NCBI GenBank assembly: GCA_031414535.1
Contig: JANNVQ010000005.1
Span: forward strand, 1-64,000
Source: Gemmatimonas sp.
GTDB lineage: Bacteria > Gemmatimonadota > Gemmatimonadetes > Gemmatimonadales > Gemmatimonadaceae
Length of the DNA: 64,000 nt
Direction: 5' to 3'
Part shown: positions 62,101-64,000 of the stretch, in pieces
Position numbering within the stretch: the stretch's first letter is position 1
Layout of the letters: every line of letters begins with the position of its first letter
Made by a program: the position numbers and the translations under genes
The notes under the pieces: model-generated
What the model saw: the letters and a program-made list of their open reading frames with translations, nothing else
Told to the model about the DNA's origin: nothing
Database searches by the model: none

Positions 62101-63551
62101 ACGCGGGCATCCTCGACGTGAATGGGCAGACGCTGAGTTCCCAGGGCGGCCTCCGCGTCACCGGATCTGGTATCCTCGAGATGAACCAGGCGACGGACTC
62201 CGTGTTCGTCAGCTGGAACGTGCTCTTCGACGGTGCGGACTCCGAGGGATACCTCACCAACGGCACGCTCGTCTCGGCGCAGTGCTGCTTCACCCAGTCC
62301 AACACCACCAGCGACAAGTCGTTCGTCGCGACCGACAACCACCGCGTCGTCTTTTCAGGCGGTGACAACGGTAGCCAAGTGGACTTGCAGACGTCGAGCC
62401 CGACCACTTCACGCTTCAATCACCTGCGCTTCGAGAAGACCGGCGGCCAGTGGGTGTACTTCTACGACGATACCGTCTACACGCGCACGCTGGACGCCGA
62501 TCGCGGCAACATGACGATCGATATTGGCTCGTTGATCGTGCTCGAGACGGCCACGTTCTCCGACAGCATCTACGTTTACATGGCGACCGACGGCATCCTC
62601 GACATCCAAGGAGCCGCACTCGGCGCCTGCGCGACAGGGTCAGTCTTTGTAGAGGGCTACACCGGAAACTTCCGCCCTACGTCCTGCCACACCGCTCCGC
62701 TGGTCTGGTCGTCCTACAACACGAACGCAACCACGTACCAGTGGAACGACATCGCTGCGAGCTCTGCGACCCAATTGGCCGCCGTCGGACAGGGGGGAGC
62801 CTTTGCCTTCGCATCCTTTGGCGGGGGCGATACTTGGGACTTCGCTATCCCTTCCGGGACCACCGAGAACCTCAACGCCGTCTCTGGCGTCGCGGGAAGT
62901 TTCTGGGCCGTCGGCGACAGCGGGACGATCGTGAGCAAGCTATCTGGCCAAGGCTTCACCACCGTGACCACGGTGGGCACGGCGCATCTTCGCGGCGTAC
63001 TCGCCTTCAGTTCCGACAGCATTTATGCGGTGGGAGACGGTGGAACGATTCTCTTCTTCAACGGCAGCTCGTGGACAAGCCAATCGTCCCCCACGGGCGC
63101 GAATCTCTACGACATCGCTCTCACGCAGCGGGATGGCCTTGTGGCGGTGGGCAGCGGGGGCGACTGGGTCACGTCGACGGGGGATGGCACCTGGAACAGC
63201 GTCTTTAACTCCAATACGACGACGCTGCGGACCATCGTCGACGTGGACATCGATGGGTACTTCGCCGGCGGAGATGGCGGTGTGATGCGCGAGAAGTGGC
63301 GTTCAACGGTCTATAACTTCCCGTCTCAGCCGAACAACATGTTGGCGGGCGCCGCATTTAACGGCCTGCAGTTCATGGTTGGCGCGAACGGACAGGTGTC
63401 GCAGAAGATGGGTTACACCTGGGTCACCATCACAGGCCCGTCCGGCGAAACGCTTCGAGGCGCGACGGTCCTGAACAACACGCCGTTCAACGCCCATCTC
63501 TTCGTGGTCGGATACAACGGCACAATCTACCGAGCGCAGCTGAACCCCTAG
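44166..63551 (+). CDS. Giant (6461 aa) surface lipoprotein/adhesin: ~30 Big_1-like Ig domains, 6 beta-helix-like modules, C-terminal beta-propeller
   Basis: Lipobox LLSC, repeated vrDxxGN Ig motifs, WxG..W..NW..P caps and AVGxxGTI propeller blades. Confidence 0.9.
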   Translation: MPRPAQRRLVYLTTAFALSLLSCGREVTGPENGITIGRRIGNIAIAPQMPTLMQVVQGAGDAVPFTRVRVVLRNVDGSIAKDTMVDFPSNADSVALALQLPIPLTSPDSGLALSLTMAYVNASGDTVFRGGPNSIVARPLGTSGANVPVVIPVTYDGAGKDAARVAITPKTGTGVAGTTRAFSGTAFDAQNAPIANTPFVFFSTDTLRAKVNASTGVASWQAVRGLARIVAALPNGNRADTATFLISLPASKLVLGAGAAQTGAVNAPLADSIVLRTLASDDVPVGGVIVNFVVATGGGSLLALTDTSDINGNVSTKWTLGAALGAQTITATATGLTGSPLTGSPFTISATGVAGTASRLDITAQPSSATAGVPFAPAIVVQARDAFGNLATNFTGNVSIAMTGAQAPPLGGTAIRAAVGGIATFSDLSINVVGSYTLAVTSGALTPDTTTSIGIRPAAAAVLEFVSEPAGAVAGAAFVPPVTVRARDAFGNVDTAFTGTVALSLLNGGSAVLSGSTSQAAVSGLATFSSLSVNLVGATYSLRANSGALTPDTSSVFGITPSAPTQISLIGGGAQTGAVSAALAQPIVVEVRDAQGNLVPGATVNFSIVTGGGTALPPNAATNASGQASTVWTMGSALGAQEARASLAVAPTVFVAVPATATPGVPAQVVITQAPSAAVAGTAFAPVVTAEVRDASGNVVTSFAGNVSLTFGSAPPTAALFGTTTVAAVNGVATFNGLSAQRAGAGYTLVASAAGFNSLPSAVFAVAPSTPAQFGILDGNNQTGVAGGVFPSPLRVYVRDQFGNPIAGAVTSWNAQGVVTLAQTSVLSDVNGVAANTATMGSIPGAQARGPTVTTAGVDTTVIFAHTVTAGAAAQVVVTQAPSAGVAGVALPVLVAEVRDALGNVVPTYTGLVEAALSTNPSSTTLAGTLSVNAVAGVATFNNLIINGAAVGYRLRARLSVEGYESAESAAFNVAAAAPASIAFVSGQTQSGAAGALMPDSIIVVVRDAFNNPVAGQSVTFAALAGASSVSQTSVLTNAAGRAAVRANFGNTVGGPLPGVRATTPGVGTVLETTVSIAAGAASQLAVTTTPFASVIAGTPFSISALVRDALGNTAVAFTDSISIAILSGPGGATLSGITRLPAVTGAREFAALSLDRAGTYQLVVSATGLASANTFSFNVTPAAAATLTLAGGNAQTGAVNTTLANSLDVQARDAFNNAIVGALVTWTVSSGAANMTVTTSLTDANGVASSGVVLGTTTGAVTVAATLAPLPAVNFTATATAGAPVSLAEVVAPTSGIVGTALPSFSYVVRDQFGNTATSHNNVTAFATLQNAAAGQGTPEVISGASVLVANGVATWNGYIARTAGQYRIVADFGGTLGTITSGIITIAPGAAAVLESVSGDAQSGVVVTNLANPLRVRVTDTYGNGVSGVTVNFSSLGGFASFSNPVPVTDGAGVAEGVVTLGDSATVVTLVATVAGLTPDSLLFTATALPGAANGFFLVSGDAQTAQAGVAAPDSVIVRVHDAYGNNAPGVTVTFSTADDLTFSNAVVVSDAAGLAATRVIAGASLSLRNFTAGAAGASPIALTVTVVPGDATTIDIVSAAVASTIAGLTLDPVTVNLRDALGNVATAYTDSVVVSIQTGPVGATLGGTLRRAAPGGVASFTNLSLDLAGAYSLRVERAGLTSDTTPTFNISAAAPASVTLISGNTQSGAVSSTLPLPLVVEVRDVFNNVVPGAGVLWSVTTSAATPGSSAVITDANGRASTTLQLSTVPGPAVVNATVLALTPVVFNATAVAGTAVTPVETVAPAGATAGAALGSFSYSVEDQFGNLATSYSGTATVSLQQADAGQPVPVIVSGDTAAVVNGVATWNALLVTSAGQYRIVADFGGTLGTVTSGIITIAPAAASVLTAESGGGQSGVVLTDLPQPFVARVTDVYGNGVPDVLVNWSAPAGFFTYPAVVTGSDGRSVNGGRLTDSATTVTIGAFVPGLTPATVQFTATGLPAAAASFVVVSGDAQTAPAGGVAVLPVVVRVIDAYGNNRPGVAVTFSSSGDLSFSTPNVVSDTNGLASTNVIAGGTLGLQTFYAQTAGVTDRALTVTIVPGAPAAIVIVAAPSNTVAGVALGTLNAEVRDALGNLVTAFTDSLDVVIESGPGGATLSGDLRVAAVGGVATFTTLSLESIGDYSLRVERAGLSSDTTATLTVTAAAADSMSYVSGTAQSMLPEAEAADSLVVRVLDAFGNPVAGESVTWAVSLGTASLSGVVVPTDVDGYSRVSLTATQTAGAGEVTAAVAGLTGSPVSFSFTTTAASAARLAFTVNPSTDSAGGSQAFQLRALDTFGNLATSFVGTVTVSVDSGPASPALTGTLVDGAVGGVADFTDFGSLTAGVYRLRASAAGVADTVSANFSILPASPSAIAVDAGDAQSAAVGSALATPLRVRLADMYDNPIAAATIDWSVLSGDVTLGGLTSVTDAAGLATNTVLLGGTPGSFSIRAVSAAANDTAVFMGTSTAGAASTLVLTAEPVLMTAGDASATFTIEAQDALGNLATSFVGPVTVDILSGPTGSFAAGTLNPSATLGAVSFTDLVLNTSGNYVLRFSTAFDTVTTDPLTVVGAAAEALSVSIEPSGAVAGVTLAAVQVVARDAFGNDATSAGNEVTVSVLTGPAGNPLTGTLQRSLSTGVVEFTDLGLTTAGEYTLLFSSAGLASDTSAAFTITAAAASELAEVSGSNQTVAVNATTPDSLVVRVQDEYGNGVAGQTVNWGVTGEASLSAATSVTDANGEAFVFASMGNSTGADIIEASVFGLTNSPVSFSVTVVAGAPVRLIIQGTLSSATAGVIGPVTVNAVDSEGNIALPFTGEVRARIVTGPVGAPIFGDSVLNATAGTVTFSALQALIAGPYTLEFVSAGLFPDTSNAFNITPDIATNLNLISGNTQTDTVYSTSDTLIVRVTDQYGNGIDGAAVSWNLAIGGGVLTLQQTEADVDGYARALVTHGGTPDVITVEASSGTLIGSPVSFTLTATPAPATSLRVVSSPATVVSGATGEVIAVEAVDAYLNRDTTFVGLVTLSASDTPPGSTLGGTLTATAVNGLATFNAFSLDLIGDYTLDVQSATVTATFVNITVLAGAPANLSVISGDTQTGFTTLALVDPLLVSVTDAAGNAVAGDTVVFTVLTGGGSVSTDSAITNGDGQASTNWTLGSLVGVQSVQASAVGTTPVTFAATAGLPSFEWTGNATDGVWSNPGNWIDGVVPGATSVVLIPETIDHPTSIAAGQYAELTVIETSAISLDGVVTVTGSVTAPLGLEQGLTCGTGDSLIVSPAGAANLGGGLACPIVITSGTVTLSELSEFNSLTISGGDFSVGENEVTIGGSLVTSGTGTVHMTDALGLLRVDGSATWGGGNLTGMLTAGRFEARSGFSVTADNGFAASGSHRTVLGGNFLLDFYTFALPASLGHRFGILELAPQSLQHAVGTANRIDADSLLMPSGGTLVMTTASDTVRVSGSVRTSNSASIDASLLEVGGSYSYPGIAVIDTVVFTGIGQRLPFSSETGVVHSFQDVFIEGTVQTLATAGDSLVVPNVLNVRGTGSLRFGQDGGVQTRARIGVLRTVQDGVVGMQNAGDSVYVSMEANFAGGSTAGLLTNGTLIVGGTLSQLAIASTESFSASADHLTIVRPASFAELYFMNPGTGAGTSGIASLRIEEDNLAIDTVFFRSDVHVRGMLLDAPTDTMVLASNNATQRTLESWGADVGGLRFSRVNWRITGQAAFTGADDLLFTDQDSTVTQFELRGADATVSMSNVTFFVPPSTGRYLRLEDTNGGAPFTLNTSNWSPGFHNSAISLVGGALLTGWAEFPAFTWVGGTSTDFGTASNWLANRIPGAGDSIVVTPGASNTLTITGERSLGSLYLASGAALIVQDTLIVAGSFNTEAGSLSCVFGGNAIRIQNASGTPRDLSLAGTDCNVFIEEGTYDLQGASASARNLTVNGTGYLNLNNRRLETADNFGTLNTGRIEMNEAGDSLIVGGQAFFQGGSTTGLITDGFIYVRNTFAQGGLTASAFRASGTNRAVIGDTLTAFADSVDFSFSRPDSSWFNNVRVFNGPWTIDNAVRARVLTTVGGATLTGGGIQTDSILTFSSGSTVALRRITTLGSFFPSNSFAVDTMNFMGSLIGPEQVIPALASGSTYRTVNVYNNARIQSAAPQVFRVAQRLEVFNGQLNVQPQTEGGGPVSIAADTADLIIGGSGRLAMRTTGTVSVDSAHFGGLSTSGYMTDGRLQIRGALVQRSDVSGESFRPDSAHITVFRDSVLVDIQDTVNSKPAYVEFGDSLVMTLKSNLEIYGTLTRQAGISDSVVIKSDVLTGAPRRLLVTGATMLDQSGTERTVFRNVALAIIQNSAVTPTSAELNNVTFTNMDPEATQLDLTQYLGYTSSFSRIDFATPVTTGKYFDLAGTSTVSFSTTTPSVGCINAPEGCFGPRSEPSAGVENVFIGDNGDDWGNFAFWSLGRVPTSYDNVTLVGGSIPFLPNSGITRYVNNLTIDPSVSFFMDAAELVLRGNLSVGAGAGIFGVSGSIVRMQPNPGRPVTLGGGGNIDDVALFISAPESGTDSTVTLVGGGLDVSGTVTVEGGRFDIGGQTLQVGSLATTGTGRFSMLTATDSVYVIGNASFAGASTDGLLTNGKLVVGGDISQTTSATAFAASSSHQTYLLSGGTALNFANPGTSASHFGNLIMLSADSLGLLSDVFVNGVVDATTGNLPVAAGATNRLLQASGISTSGAFLFSNVRLRLVDGAAFSFLNAMYFYTMDPTVDYLTIDRSGGAVSLPQMSFSTIPTTGKYVVVIDTVSNADDLVVTINDVLSGGHGGYIDSVGVARIVGWDQLASYTFTGSASNDLGDPANWDAGILPSATSNVTIANVFPADPVTLGGLSYRSLTIASGAQVTINAPITATRSVALTAVPACTSNGRLNLQGDGGTRTLAGSAPTCAVQMTNGAFVLADSAEFRSLTIGNDAQLLLFNDTLVVTDSLAIVGSGRMQMDDSPTEVTVQGIARFTGTGFSNLNGGTLNVWSALEVGAQLAAPTTRLVLGNPNVATTVTARTSVTLDQGFDSVFVLNGTLNILDSLLARRYLGTLGSNITVTGGTLRVGSYDDFIDGTLDLGATGDLTVNHLALFGTIGSVDGFSVDTTSFLGQQSGPQEIPAANAASTALNYGRVRVYADAIMNQVPTGIPFAYTISDALEVLVGQLTIGDSVTLDTVYVNMPSADLVVYGAGARVLMTHPSRVVADSVHIQGSGESQFLDGRVVTRSFAQLTYDNPLALMLTSSGPHTVDFLPNGTVYFQQTDQAKLANVRFTGGGVTTFPTSMYATSIGRVNQTDGIVTLSGGRIFANGTNFDITNSGLVMDNTGLSLQSGPSGPVGGSFTLNNVTFRNWNPSRVDDALWVYFEAPYAATFTNITFDYPQPASGYYFRNFVTSQGTVTFVNASPSLDCLAGTCNPSDIAPSGAPAGLTTWDGSESNIWTDAGNWSNGVPNAGTNAVIPTGVSPVPTLFSSAQVRSLSVETGATLQVDAGDTLHVFGDLDVDGTVSGAAYSSVLRMRTGSAGATLAATGSIRLPLFISAATGSDTGTVSLLDVVNVDTLPTFGAFNGGVRVLGGTLHMNGQDLVTNGSFRTLGTGRLRMDMATDSLHVGSWVIFDGASTDGMITDGVIVALDDFLQDATNSPYSFVATGNNRVVLYGSKDGDVEFQSGGPSGSRFAHLVFDKLSGPGLFFFNNSGNATPTYASTFHYESGDVWLDQGSLIVSSTVTSANPSNTWTLADETSLVDLQGVNQTTCDGLSFTVENLPQLFQPNSCYSLPASSTWNGLSSTNWDDAGNWSDGVPSAVTGAVIPAAPANQPTVRFSTLVGPLTVEAGATLTLNSFRTLDIFGSLDVAGTVNAGNTDSKLRIRSSSAETRTLAAPGSIATRLEIDVGLSGDEGTVQLAGPVNLTATNFQSGLYLNAGILDVNGQTLSSQGGLRVTGSGILEMNQATDSVFVSWNVLFDGADSEGYLTNGTLVSAQCCFTQSNTTSDKSFVATDNHRVVFSGGDNGSQVDLQTSSPTTSRFNHLRFEKTGGQWVYFYDDTVYTRTLDADRGNMTIDIGSLIVLETATFSDSIYVYMATDGILDIQGAALGACATGSVFVEGYTGNFRPTSCHTAPLVWSSYNTNATTYQWNDIAASSATQLAAVGQGGAFAFASFGGGDTWDFAIPSGTTENLNAVSGVAGSFWAVGDSGTIVSKLSGQGFTTVTTVGTAHLRGVLAFSSDSIYAVGDGGTILFFNGSSWTSQSSPTGANLYDIALTQRDGLVAVGSGGDWVTSTGDGTWNSVFNSNTTTLRTIVDVDIDGYFAGGDGGVMREKWRSTVYNFPSQPNNMLAGAAFNGLQFMVGANGQVSQKMGYTWVTITGPSGETLRGATVLNNTPFNAHLFVVGYNGTIYRAQLNP

Positions 63552-63579
63552 TTGGCTAGAACAACCCCAACTGCACCCC

Positions 63580-63622
63580 CAACTGGGCCGCGTCCTTTCG
63601 GACGCGGCCCAGTTGTCTTTCT
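63580..63622 (+). terminator. Rho-independent terminator
   Basis: 16-bp stem CAACTGGGCCGCGTCC/GGACGCGGCCCAGTTG followed by TCTTTCT. Confidence 0.85.
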
Positions 63623-63646
63623 AGGCAACTAATACCCGCCAATCCA

Positions 63647-63664
63647 AAATGACCTAGGTCATTT
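63647..63664. promoter_or_regulatory. Palindrome AAATGACCTAGGTCATTT (TGA-N6-TCA)
   Basis: Perfect 18-bp palindrome ~96 nt upstream of the paralogue start. Confidence 0.55.
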
Positions 63665-63745
63665 CCCCAACCCACTACCTGTCGGCCCCACGTCCCGACT
63701 CGTATTTTCTCCGGGCACACCTCTATATAGATAGGACTGGCCCAC

Positions 63746-64000
63746 GTGCTCCGACCGGCCCAGCGCCGCCTGGTCTTCTTGACCGCGGCCTTCGCGCTTT
63801 CCCTCCTCTCCTGCGGCCGCGAAGTCACCGGCCCGGATAACGGAATCCTCACCGGCCGACGCATCGCGGGCATCGCGATCGCGCCCGTCATGCCAGCCCT
63901 CATGCAACTCGTGGATGGCGCCGGTGAGGCCGTGCCCTTCACGAAAGTGCGCGTCGTGCTCCGCAACGAGGATGGCAGCGTCGCCAAGGACACGCTCGTA
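63746..64000 (+). CDS. 5' part of a tandem paralogue of the giant lipoprotein
   Basis: MLRPAQRRLVFLTAAFALSLLSCGREVTGPDNG..VPFTKVRVVLRNEDGSVAKDTLV closely matches the N-terminus at 44166; runs off the window. Confidence 0.9.
   Translation, partial: MLRPAQRRLVFLTAAFALSLLSCGREVTGPDNGILTGRRIAGIAIAPVMPALMQLVDGAGEAVPFTKVRVVLRNEDGSVAKDTLV

Noticed and set aside
44195..63497. Many minus-strand ORFs within the giant gene
   Set aside because: Antisense shadows caused by codon bias
56000..63551. Apparently lower GC in the distal part of the giant gene, suggesting foreign origin
   Set aside because: Judged only from spot counts and could reflect amino-acid composition; a GC3 calculation is needed

Overview
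High-GC bacterial chromosome segment, most likely Gemmatimonadota. This is inferred from the pilin-like domain, the DUF5916 paralogues and the lipoprotein style; no marker gene is present. The first ~44 kb is housekeeping and peptide/polymer-scavenging genes: S9 peptidase, penicillin acylase, two CBM9/DUF5916 proteins, a VPS10/BNR hydrolase, ilvE, glnS, class II photolyase, rnz, mgtE, two EamA transporters, SURF1, tRNA-Gln(CTG) and tRNA-Ala(CGC). Mixed in are decayed IS30/IS481-like remnants, an internally deleted tyrA, two families of intergenic inverted-repeat elements and a TetR module with visible operators. The last 20 kb holds a 6461-aa surface lipoprotein (~30 Ig-like domains, six beta-helix-like modules, C-terminal propeller) followed by the start of a tandem paralogue with a matching upstream regulatory layout. 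Bases 1-72 are an exact inverted copy of 304-375, probably an assembly or amplification chimera. All product calls come from motif recognition, not database searches.
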